A stretch of 51,918 bases of DNA from Chromera velia (taxonomy: Eukaryota). The position numbers were made by a program, and so were the translations under genes. Below, one piece after another: positions 26,700-38,989 of this stretch; position 1 is the first letter of the stretch, and each line of letters begins with the position of its first letter. The stretch spans positions 1 through 51,918 of the forward strand of contig JAHBMJ010000276.1 of assembly GCA_018398765.1 (NCBI GenBank), written 5' to 3'. Below the pieces are notes generated by a model. The model was not told where the DNA came from. It did not search any database and saw only the letters and a list, made by a program, of their open reading frames with translations.

Positions 26700-27853
26700 T
26701 TGTGTGTGAACATACGCGGATAGGCGTCTCTCTGTCTATCTGACATTCAGCTAAAACTTTCGGACACCCGCCTGACTTGAAGCTGCGCAAAGCTTCAGGA
26801 GACCCCAGCTTCACTCCTGCCATCAGTGGACGCTCCGCCTCCTCTTCAGCAGGCCTGCTGCTTCCATTGGAATCTGTCGAGAGGTTCGAGTTGGAGTAGG
26901 GGGAACCGCCTCCTGCGTCCTCACCCTGTCGCTCTTCCCCCTCCCCCCCTTCCTCTAACAACGTTGCGGTCTGGATCCACAGAGGATCTGAGGCCTCTCT
27001 ATTGACCACTAGGGTGTCTAAACGAGGGGGAGTGGACACACACCCTTTCTCCTCGTGTTTTTCAAAGGATTTCGGAAACACTTTGGGATCGACAAAGGGA
27101 AACAGGTCGAAAGTCTTTGACGTCAGGGGGCCAAGGATACGCCACCCGTACGCTCTCTTTCCTTTCGGTGCCCACTTGAGAACCTGATCGAGAGATTTCC
27201 CGTCCGCCTTGCTTTCCTTCTTCTTTCCCTTTTCGCCATCGCTAAGGGCACGAAAGCGCGCGAGGAGCACACTCCGTTTCTCCTTCAGTCGTTTCAGTGA
27301 GTTGCGCTCCTTCATCAACTTTGAGAGCGACATGATGCGCCGAATGTCCCCTGAATTTTCATCGGCTTCATCAACAAGGTGCGCACGTTCGTGGGCTTTT
27401 GTGAGCACCTTGCGGACCTGCATATCCAGAATGTGCAAACTCGTGATTTGAAAATTCAGACACAGAGCTTGAAAGAGTGTGCTATGAATGATCGACATGT
27501 GAACAACGCGAACAGATAGACAAGGCAAACAAACAAGCCACGAAACGAAAAGAGAAAAAGGAAAACCACACGACTCGCGCTTCTGACGAGAATCATCTTC
27601 ACGTAAAACATAGAATTGGCTTTCAAAAATCCTTCGCATCGGACCCAGCAAAAGTCAATCAGTGTGCCTGCTTTTCAAATTGATCTATCCACGTACCTGC
27701 GCATGCAAGTCTTTCTTCAGTCTGAAGAAGAAAACTCGGTCGTCACGACGAAGCAGTCGAGTGACCAGCAGGTCTTCCTTTTGTTTCTGGCGCCGAGGTT
27801 CAATCGCAAAGAGTTCACTCGACCCCTCTCGCTGCACACACACACACACACAC

Positions 27854-27890
<37 letters not shown>

Positions 27891-30800
27891 AAGAACGACT
27901 GTCAACAGTTGAAAAGCAAAAAGAAGTACCCTCGAATTAGGCAGTCTGCAGAAAATAATCACAAAGCCAGATTCAATCTGTTTGGCTTTCATTTAAAGTC
28001 TCATCGTCCGCTTGCTCATGCACTCACTCACTAAGTCCCCTAACCACAATTAAACTCATCCAGTCACGCTCTTACCTTCGCAGTCACTCACCCAGAATTA
28101 ATTCCTTACTCTCCAACTGACTCATTCATTCCTTCCCTCCCCGCACCGTCCCTCCATCCCTCCATGCCCTCGGTTCACCGGGAGGACTTCTGACTGAAAG
28201 AATCAACGGAGGGAGGCAGTGCTCTAGGTAGAAGCCAGGCAAAAAAATCTTATTGCATATATCACTCACTTAGTCCACTTCCTCACTCATTCACCGCTGC
28301 GCTCACTCGCTCACTAACACCCCCACCAACTCACTCACCGAATAGAAGAAGTCCCCTGCGTCAAGGGACCTCAGAAGGTTGAATACCTGAATGAATGAAT
28401 GAATGAATGAATGAATCAATGAATGAATGAATGAATCGTTCTCTGCTTGTGCAATTAATGGGCACTGACTGAGTCAGCATCAGCATATCAGCTATACAGA
28501 GTTTTTTCTTTGTCTGCAATGGTGAAAAAAGAAAAAAAAGCAGAAAGCTTAGAACGCACAGGAATGCAAACTCAGTGACTGCATTCTTGCGCTGAGAGTC
28601 GGAAGTTCAAAAGAGAAAAGCTTCCACTATCCAGCAGAAGCGCCGTTTCTTCTTCTAAATCCAAAACAAGAGTCCCACCAGCCAATATACAGCAGACAAA
28701 CCCGCGATATGCACGGGCTTCTAATTTTTGTTCCTTCCTACCTTCCTGGCTTGTGCAACCACAAAGGCAGCAGCAGAAATTCGATCAGACGAACCGAAGA
28801 TGTGAAACAAAGGCGAAAGCTCTGGGCACAAAATGAGAAACCTATCACCAGGCTTTTCACACAGCCTCCTGCCTGTCCGGATGACTTTATCAGATCAACT
28901 GACGCTGCTGTGGCCGTGTTTCCTCGCCAGGCCCCTGAAACGCTTTTCGAGTTCGCTCACAGTGTACAGGCTGCCAGCAGCACGCAAGGATGGGCACAAG
29001 AAAAGAACAAACGTTCGGCATCGCATGATGTCAAGTGTGCACGTACTGCGCATCCATTCTTGGAGCGCCTTCTGATGTCGTGACTGACAGAAAACAGACC
29101 GACGACATATCCACTCTCTCTTACACACAAAATGTGAGACAGCAAGACACCGGATGAGGCGCATACATACATTGACATGCATACTGTCGTGAAGGACATC
29201 GAAACGCAGCCTCTTTCTGATGAACAATCAGGCGGTCAGGTTTCTCTCATATCCATTCGCCGCTCAATGCGATGAACTTTCGAGTTCTCTGAGGGCGGGA
29301 TGTTCGACTCACCTTTGACTGGCAAGTGAGAGAGTCATGCACCAAGAGAGGGACAAAAAAAGCACCACGCAAACGACTCATCACAGCATTAAGAAAGCAA
29401 TCTCATGCGCAAAAAAACATTTGAGACAGAGTTTTGCTTGTCTTCTGATCCTGCACTTCTTTCTCGAAAGTTCGTCTCTTCCACCCGGCCCAAACAACAG
29501 AAAGACACCACCGACTGAAACACCGATCGACTTACGTGGATGCTTGTTGTATGCTGGGATCTCCAATCTTCCTTGCAGTGCAATGCCAGAGCATAGCTGC
29601 CCATGTTTTGAGCAGGTCCGCAAGGGCACTGGAAGTCGTACGGGACTGAGAAAAGTCTTCTTTTCCCACCCACTGCATCTCATGGGAAAGAGAGTCATTC
29701 CACCATCGGAGTACCTCCGGGAGATTTCCGTTGGATTGAATCTGGAGATCCGGCGCTTCCTCCGCTCTGGGCAAACTCCACCAGCCCCTTTTTGCTGGAG
29801 AGGGGAGATCACCACGTGACCCAACAATTTCGTCAATTGCCAATTTTGTCTTTCTTTTTTTTTCTCCTCTCTTTTGCCTTTCTTCGACTGAAGGAAATTT
29901 GATTTTTTCTTTGGCTTCTTTTTTTTCCGATTTGAATCGCTTGTGCCGAGCTTTGTAAATTGCGTTATGAAGTGCAGCTTCGAACTCGGCCGCATTCATG
30001 CGTCTCTTGTCAGTCTCTTCTGTTGCTCCCATAGCCAAGAGCCGGAAATGCTCTTGACGTGCTTCGCACACTGTTCGTGTGAACGCCATTAAATCCTTCA
30101 CACGCCCTGTGAGTCCCAATGGATGCCATTTCACATGTTGTCTCTCGCTCGTTACATCACAAATGGCTCCAAGCAACTCATCGTCGGACGGCAGCGGCTC
30201 CTGTAAAAGCCTGTCTCGAAATTCAATTTCTAATTTCGAACGCTTCCCCCACATCTCGCTGGGTTCTCCCAAATTCCCCAGCATAGAACCGACACGAAAG
30301 AAATTCTGATCAGTCCCGCCGGCTGCCTCTTGACTCTCCTCTGAAGCTGTACCTTCGTCTTTCTCGCCCCCTTTCCTCTCTCCTCCCTCACCCTCGGTAA
30401 TATCACCTTCCTCTTCTTCTTCTTGTGGCCCAAACAAAGCTTCTCGAATATCCATGTCAGCGGATTGGTTGGAGTAACTGTTGCTCTCTCCTTCCCTTGA
30501 CTCGGTTGTCCCCCCCATTCCCTCTTCCTTCTCTTCTTCTTGCGGTTGTCCTTGTCCCGCTTTTTCTGCCTCCTTCTCTTGCTGTAATCTTTCTGCCTCC
30601 TCCATTTCTTTTTTTCTTTTTGCCTCCGCCTCTTCAGCTCTCCGTTTCTTTCTTTCCTCTTTCAAGGCTTTCTTCGCCTTCGCTTCTAACTCCAGTCTCT
30701 CCTTTTCAGCTTCACGTCGCCGCCTTTCGATTTCTGCCTGCCGTTCTTCTTCCTCTGCCCGTCGCAACTCCTCGAGTTCTTTCCACTTTCTTTCCTCCTG

Positions 30801-32088
30801 CTCTCTTTTCTTCCTTTCCTTGTCCAAATCTGCTTCTCGATCTTCTCTCTCTCTCTCTTGAGCCCACACGTCAACAATTACTGGTACCTCCAGGGCTGCC
30901 CTCTCCCAAGACTCAGCCCCATCTGGCAGGATGTCTCTCTCATTCAACAATTCCTCCACAGACTTCGTCCATTCTTTCTCCTCTTCTTTCTCATTGTCAA
31001 CTTCTTGCTCTTTCCCTTTCCCTTCTTTTTCGTCTTCCCTTACAACAGCCTGATCAGACAAATCATCGACAACGCACGATCCACCAAGAGCTGAATTCCC
31101 TTCGCGGATAACCAACTCAGGCGGATCGTCTCCAGAACCGTAGACCAACAAGTCTGCTGCAACGCGACCAGGATCTCCAGATCCTCTCCCCTCCAAAGTT
31201 TCTTCTGACCCCCTTATCTCTGCAACACCCTCTCCCTTCTCCCAATCCAAAACCACCTCCGAGTTCCAGGCGCTCCTTTCCCAACTGACTGGACGAACAA
31301 ACGACCTCCTGCCCACTCTTTCGACTTCCCACTCCCCCTGCAACCTCTCCAAAAAAGAACGGAACTGCAGACAGACGGAAGCAAGAGACCAGGGGAGAAA
31401 ACTCAGTCGACACATTCTGGAAGGAGACAGAGATATCGACCCATCGACCCGACCGTTCGTCACCAAGTGGAACAGTGCACGCACAGATCAAACTGAAGAA
31501 AGAAGAATATCCCGGGCTCAGGCAGAAAAGGAGAGAAAAGTACATGCGTGGGAAAGAGTCGTAAGCGAGACACACAGGGAGATGAGAAATGGGCGCGGAA
31601 TGCACGGAATGAGCAGGGCGTTTTCTGACGGACAGACGAGGAGGGAAGTCAAACAGAGACGGACAACTAAAAATCACATACACAAGCAGAAACTAACTCA
31701 CGGACTCGAGCGCACACACATGCATACATACATACATACATACATACAGAGAAGACATACATACGTACCGAGAGACCCTTCAGGTGGGCCCCCACGTTGC
31801 ACCCGATCAATTCTTCAGTTTTCTCCTCAAGTGCACCAATCGACACAGAAGGCCTGCATGCACCCACCCCCCCACACGCATGCAGCCACACACTTTCTTT
31901 CTAGCAATGCGACCCATGCCCACACGAGCAATCCTTTTGTCACTCACTCACACGCACATATACATGCGCACATGCGCACGCATGCACGCTCGCACGTTCA
32001 AAGAGGAACTCGCACGCCCATACGCATACGGAGGAACAGGGTGAGAAACAGACGCAGTGGGAAAGAAAGAGAGAGGTAGAAAGAGAGA

Positions 32089-32138
<50 letters not shown>

Positions 32139-33141
32139 GTCAACCCACTAAAGAGCCAACCAACGAGAGAGGGCCTTTTGTAATGCATCGTCATGAGCCT
32201 GTCCTCCCTTCTTGCCAGGAGGAGACCTCCTTCTCTCTTTCTCTCGTCTTTCACAACTGACCAAGTAGAGCTCTCTGTTCGGCTCGCGGCTTCGCTTTCG
32301 CTCTCTACCGGTGCATCGCTTTCTTTCTCTTCCACAAGAATCTCATACGCCTGCAGCATCCACCCCGAGAGTTTCGATTCTGTCTCGGCGTCAGGCCCCG
32401 GAAAGGCCGTCTCCTCGCTGTCCAGAGAGGAGTCTTTCTCTTTCCCTATCTCCCCCCCAGATTTTGGTTCCCCCACACAAAGCGGTACCTCAACGTCCTC
32501 ATCTATCTCCTCAAGTGCCTGTCGAACGAGGTCGTCGCTCTGCTTCTGACGCAACCTAGAGACCAACTGCCTGCCCGCACCCCCCCCTAGATTCCCCCCC
32601 ACTGCTCGAACCGCGCCTGTTTGTTCCCCTCGAGACGGCCTTTGGGTCTTCTGACTGCCCAGGACGCATCGATCCACACTTCTCTCCAGATGAAAAGAGA
32701 GCGAACCACAAAAGCCGAACACAACTTTTCCTGCAGGAAGGAAGGAAGGAAGGAAGGAAGGAGGGAAGGAAGGAAGGAAGGAAGGAGGGAAGGAAGGAAG
32801 GAAGGAAGACAAACGAGACGCTCTACGTCTCTCACAAACTACTTGGAGCAGCGCTGTGACTTGGAAGACATGCGGTCCGAGTGAAGTCGCGAGTATCAAA
32901 AAAGGCAATCCTTGGCCGATTGTCAATGCTTTGATTGACACTCTGCAAGACTTCTTTTTGCACGCAGACTGATTGACAGACGACCGTCTCATCTGTTGGT
33001 GGCATGCAGAAGCATAAAAGCCTTTCACTCATCAAAGACTTCCCCCCTGCCCGCCATAACCGCCCACCCATTTTCCTCAGCTTGGCGGACAGGACGCTGA
33101 AGTCGGCATCGGAAGTTATCAGCACGAAGGTCTCAATCTCT

Positions 33142-33180
<39 letters not shown>

Positions 33181-35295
33181 GTATGAACAAGACGGCATTC
33201 AGTCTCTTTTCCCGTGCACAGTCGGAGGACGAATTTTCTTCCAAAAAGGAATTGAAGAGCAGCAGAGAGAGATGTTGCACAAGCACAAGGGAGAGCAGAG
33301 ATTCGAATCGGATCGCGTCGCTTCCCCGCGCACTCGCCAGACCAGCAATCACGCTCTCTTTTTGAACGTCACAGAGGTTCTCTTGCTGTCTCTTTCTCTT
33401 TCATCTGCTGCCGGCAGATCTCTTTTCTCCTCCTGTGAATCCCTCACATCTCCGGGCTGCATGCCCTCTGAGTCCCGTATACACAAACTTGTCTCTTTCT
33501 ATGCAGGACCTCTCCCTCTCCCTCACGGTCTGACAGACTGACGGTTGAGTGTAGACCAATTCCATGGCATCACAGATCATCAAAGTGTCCGACGACCCTT
33601 TTCCTGCATGACCAGGGGGGGGCAGAATAGTACAAGAAAGAGCAAACGACAAAGCCAAAGCTTTACCAGCAAGGCGTGAAAGTTCTTCAATCTCGCCTCT
33701 GTTTTTCTCTTCTTCGTTGACTCATAGTTTCCCCACCCCACGACTTCGTTGTTTGTTCGCCCTTTTGCGATTGCGCCCAAAACATCGTGGGTGACAGTCA
33801 GAGAGGAACCCAAGAGCAGATACAGCAACACTCTGCAAGCGAAAAGCAATACGTATAAACCGACCAACGAACCGGGCAAAGACTGTTGGTGCAGTTTCCG
33901 AAACAAGTGTTTCTCTACAGTATCAGCATTTCTCAAAGGAAAATCTCGCGACCAGTCAGCGTAGGCCCTGCAAAGAACGCAAAGGAACGAAAAACAAATG
34001 AGCGCGCACACACGAAGCAAACCTACCGTTATACGCAAATCGACGTATGAAGAGAGACGTGTGAAGAGAGAAACAAGGAGTAATGTAGCAGAGGGAAGGA
34101 GCGAGTCAAGAGAAAGATGTCGGAGAACAAAATAGAATGTTGGAGCAGAGAGGTTGGGGTCCATGCAGACCGGCAGTTGCACAGATGAAAGAAAGAAACC
34201 AGCAGCACCCTCACACCCCACAAAAGGGACGTACCTCTTCACCGCAACTGAGCCCCACTCTTCGACCTCTTCCATGACCAAGTCCACCAAATCAGGATTC
34301 ACATTTTCCGCATCCACAAGCACCGCAACCTGTTTGAATAAACCATGTAGACAACGAGAGCAGGCACCACAATCACATTCGCGTGTTTCGCTTCTTACAC
34401 GCACACCCAAAAAGAAAGCAGACGACCAAATGAAACAGAAGAGGCCAGGTGAAGCGGTTGGAGAGGAGGAGAGGAAGGCACTGAACGGACCCTGTCGCCT
34501 TTCGGCTCTCTCTCGGCCAGTTTCAGTCAGGCAAACGATCAGAAAGGCACAAAGGCCGCCAGGCAGACAGCCACGTAGGCGGGCGGGCAGGTAGGGAATC
34601 GGTGGCAGTCAACTCGAGTCGAGTGTGCCGGAGTCAACGGCATCTAGGCATGGGCAACGCCAGCAGATGAGAGAGGGGGGAAGGGGGGGGGAAAGGAATC
34701 CGATAATACATAGAGAGAGAAAAAAGGGGAGGGGGGGAGCAGAGACATAGCTGCATCAGACAGATACAGACTGCAAAACAAGCAGTCTTGGGCAAACAGA
34801 GAAATGCATTGATATTGACGGATTGACGGATACAATGGGGGGGGCGGAGACAAGCCACGCTCCCGTGCTTCCAGAAACAGAGACGGCAAAAGGCAATGCA
34901 AGGCAGATGCGCAGATGGGCAGATAGACGGACGGGCGGACAGGGGAAGAGATGGACAGACAGATGCATTGGAACACGAAGAGAAGCAGGCCGTGGTGGAC
35001 GGTAGAAGGACCAACTTACTGTTGCCGGGGGCGTTGTCCGTTTTCTTTTTTGGGTCCTCTTTGGCGATGTTGTTGCAATTTTTTTGACTTTCGCAGCCAC
35101 AGCAGACCTCCGGGTCTGTCCTTCAGCATGGATCCATTTTGGGCGGACTGCTCGCTTGAAGTTGAAAAGCTGGAAACCAGCCGCAATCCCTCCTCTCCCT
35201 TCGAATGCTCGCAGAGACGACGGAACGAAGGAGACGGCTGGGAGCAGTGATAGGCACAGCACGAGCCACAAAGCACGCAAACACCAAACCAACAT
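18013..35295 (-). CDS. Giant NYN-domain (LabA/DUF88, PIN-like) / OST-HTH protein with putative plastid-targeting leader, 17 exons, ~3458 aa
   Basis: Phase-consistent GT-AG exons: 35295-35020, 34329-34235, 33967-33873, 33603-33543, 33141-33068, 32730-32262, 31853-31769, 31364-29536, 28970-28904, 28386-28339, 27831-27697, 27417-26768, 26295-26180, 25760-25732, 25478-22358, 21930-21375, 20683-18013 (10377 nt). NYN motifs: VAVLVDAENV, RAYADW, GKGSSDTLMICDAMELVY, FVLITSDADFSVLSAKLRKMGKVVFGF. The junctions at 26768 and 25760-25732 are the weakest, so the 3' half could be a separate gene. Confidence 0.75.
21482..21544 (-). repeat. Coding 21-bp tandem repeat x3 (GGEEEIR)
   Basis: ccgaatttcttcttccccccc occurs three times in frame within exon 21930-21375. 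Confidence 0.9.
32680..34329 (-). other. NYN domain-coding exons (2-6) of the giant gene
   Basis: The four acidic PIN-fold positions are present: D in DAEN, D in SSDT, and D/D in SDADF. Confidence 0.9.
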
Positions 35296-38012
35296 ACGAA
35301 AAACACAACTGGAACTGAAGTTGACAGTTCAAAGTGTATAGACGGTACGCATACTCTTCTTTCCCTAATTCCCCCCCCCAGGAACACACATGTAACAATC
35401 AGTATTCAAAGCAACGGCAACAGGCGCCGTATTCATCAAGTAAAGGAATCCCAGCAGTCCCACCAGCGATTGGAGGAGCACACTTGCGTAAAGGTGTGTT
35501 GAGCGCACGGCAATGGGAGCCTTCAGCACGAAGGAAAGATGGCGGAAGGACCAAATACGTCCAAAGACCGGCACCAAGTACGACAAGTAAATTCAGGAGA
35601 CGGTCGATGATCATGCATCAGAATCCATTCAAACTTCTCGCATTGCGCGCGCGCTCGCGCTTGGCGCCTATACGTGAGCCACAAAAATCGTACGTACGTA
35701 CGCCACATGTACGCCACGTCAGATCGGCATAGATCGGCCGGAAGAGCTTGAGTATGGAAGATCGATTCCCCCTAGGCGAGTCAAAGCAGACTAGGCGTCA
35801 GAGCAGACCATCACTTCTAAAGCCTTACCAAATTACTGAGGAAACCAACCTTGTTTGACTGGAAAAGACGCATTGTGTAAAACAACAGCTGTCTCAGACT
35901 CCAAACACTGTCATGATGGTAGGTGCCTTCCGCTGGTTCTCCTCTCTTGCTTCTCCCTCCGCAGCGCCAGCTGCGCAAATCTCCTTTTCGCGTCATTCTC
36001 ACAATCCCGTGTTCCCGCCCTTGTGTGCAGTCAGCAGATCCTCCAGAAGATGATCGGAGCGCGGGCCCGTCACAACGCCTCCCTGCAGAATCAGAGAGTG
36101 CCTCCCATGCGCAGGCACGAGTCGTCCTTGCCGGGCGACAGGTGGTGCACACTGAAGGCCCTCCCTCGGCTCCTTCCGCGGGGATGCCAAAAGGTAGCAC
36201 GGCGTCAGTCTCCAAGAACGCCACGGACGAGACGGAAGTGACAGTGACTGCCGAGGAAAAGGGAAGGGAGGCTGTACCAACACAGAGACATTCTAGACGC
36301 TGGTGGGTTTCTGTGTGTGGGTCAGTGACATGGTTTCCTTGCCCTTGCATGAGTGGGCAGAAATCCGACCAAAAGAAAATGTACCTGTTTGTTCTCTCAC
36401 TTTCTTCCCAGCCTGCCTGCTGCCTGCCTGCCTAACTGCCTGAATGACAAACTGACTGCCTGTGAGCTCTTCAGTCTCTAACGGAATCGAATTGAATGAA
36501 AGTCCGCATGATGAAATGAATGAAACTCGATCTGCATGGAACGACGATTGATTGCAGGAGGGCCCTGGACCCCGACGGAGAAGACGAAGAGGACTCAGAT
36601 GCCCCGCAGGCCTCTGGTGCAGCTAAGCACGGAGACCCGAGGGGAAAGGGGGGAATGTACTCATCCATGCACCACAGCCAGCAGTCCAGCTGTTTCCAGT
36701 GCTGGGCTCGAAGTATGAACCAAATACAGACGTGTGTCCTGCAATAGAGAGCAGAACTTTTCCACCCACCACCTTCTCTCCTTTGTGTTGTAATTGGTAT
36801 TCTGGAGATGTCACGTGGTTGAATGATGGTGAAATGGAACATCCGTCGTGATGCTGTGAAATAATTGGTCGGCGATCAGGGTTGTGCGCCGTTTTTCAAG
36901 TTCTTCCTTCTTTTTCTTTTCGTGTTCTGCCTTCTCTTCTCTTCTCTTCTGCTGTTCGTCCGCAGCTGCTTCATTCTTTTTCTCTGCCCCCCCAATTTCT
37001 TGCTTGCCCCCAACATGCTTCATTGGCAGGGCGCGTGCGAGATGGAGGAATGGGAAAGATTGAGCGAGGAGGATTTGTGTGGGCAAAGAAAAAGAAATCC
37101 ACCAGATGTGCACGCACGTGCGCGTGAGGGAGGGGCTCTGGGAGGGTCTCTGGAACGAATGGAAGGAAGGAAGCAAGTGTGATGCCGTAGACAATGACCT
37201 GTAAGTCCCCCTCTTCCTGTGATCTCGTTCTGTGCTTCCTCTCTCTGGGGCTCTACCCCTGTCTCTCTCTGAGTTTGTGGTTGTTGGTTGTCTAACTTAA
37301 CCTTTGTCCCCTTTCTTGTTGGAGTGGCTTCCACGGCGACTTAATTGAGTGAAGCTCTCCGACCTGAGAGGGAGTGGAAAGGGAGGAATGGATTCAAGAA
37401 GGGCGGGGCAAAGAGATGCCGCCAGCCTGTACGTATATGTGGGGAGGGAGTAGATGAACAGTTCCGCCATCCGCCATTCCGCTCGCCGAGTCAGGGTGTG
37501 AAGGGAATTGCCTGAAGCGTCGATCTACACCGAGATGCCTGTCCTCCTCTGCAGGGCGTTGTTTACAGAACCTCAAGTGATGCTAAAGCCCGACACGACA
37601 CAAACAAAGCTGCATCCGTCTGGTGGCACAAATGAAAATGTCATGCATGCACAGAGTGTAGAGAGAATCTGATTTAAGGGATGCGACAGACAAGTAAACG
37701 GTGAAGGAGAGAAAGAGATACTGCGGCCCATGTGGTCCCTCTTTGCTCTCAGCAGACTGACGACATTTCATGCATTTGGTGTCGGTCTCTTCTTGTAGCT
37801 TCTTGGAAGGTGCATTGGGGAAGCAATTAAGTGCAACTACAGATCGGGTGGTTGGTAGAACAAAACAAGAGAGATCGGGTCAGCTGCATGCAGGGGCTGA
37901 GCGAGAAGACCCACCCCTGCTACTCTGTGCCTGTATGCCTTCGATTGGAATGTTTGCAAACATTTTTCTTTTGGTGCCTGCTGCTCAGACAATGGATCTG
38001 GATTTCTGTTTT

Positions 38013-38048
<36 letters not shown>

Positions 38049-38674
38049 TCCTTCTTTCTTTCCTTCTTTCTTTCCTGCCTGTCTGCCTGCCTGTCTTCTT
38101 TCCTATCCTCCCCTCTTAGCTTGTCTGCATTCCTTTCTCCCTGATTTTTCTTCTTTGTCCTCGAGTCTTCTTTTCTCCAAAAACAACACGGAACGAAACA
38201 GCAGGGGAACTTAAGTGAAAAGTATTGACGTCGTTGTCTGACTCAGTCGAGCCGTTTCGTTTTGAGCATGCATCTTCAGTAAACTTTCACTTCTCGATCG
38301 ACGTCCATTCGAGTGTTAAATTAAGCAGCACTTCTTGCCTCGATCATGCGTGTCGAGTCCAGTTGAGTCTTCTCCGAGTCATGCAAAGCCTTTCAGTCTC
38401 GCTTTTAGGTCACTTAAATCGTGTATCATTTTCGATATTTATGACGCTTCTACGGGCTGAGCCTAGGGCTGAGCCCGGCTGAGTGGTAGTACACCTAGCT
38501 ACATGCACCCAGCTGTCTTACGGCTCTTGCCAGCTGTACAAGTTGCACACAGTACAACTTACTATAGGCCAGAGGTAGTAGTAGGCGGCTTGGTGGCACT
38601 GTAGGCCCTCAATTAGGCTCTGAGCCTGGCCTTTTACAGTTATTTACAGTGTATGTACACAGTTATAACCTATA

Positions 38675-38838
38675 GGGGTAATTTTCAAAAAAAAAAAAAA
38701 GTTCATTTTCATTTTTTTTTTTTTATGTAAGAAATGTGTGGTTCCCTAGTGTTTTTGCATCCCCACCATAGTTGTAAAAAAAAAAAATTGGTCCGGAAAG
38801 CGTTTTTTTCTGTTTGTTTTTTATTTGGAAATTACCCC
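38675..38838. mobile_element. MITE with GGGGTAATTT(T/C)CAAA TIRs and TA flanks (copy 1)
   Basis: Left ggggtaattttcaaa at 38675 and right tttggaaattacccc ending at 38838, with TA on both sides and no coding capacity. Same TIR as 43900-44221. Confidence 0.85.
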
Positions 38839-38989
38839 TATAGGTTATAACAAAAAAATCTAGAAATAAAACATAATAAAAGAACTGTAAGCATCATTGT
38901 ACTCACTTACTTACTTATTTAATTGTGGTTAAGCCTCAGGTCTCTGAAACTAGAGACAAATGGCAACCCATGCATGCAGTTGTAAACAA

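Noticed and set aside
35817..38200. Possible gene between the NYN gene and the LINE cluster
   Set aside because: Only short, frame-broken, protein-like patches; no coherent exon chain found.
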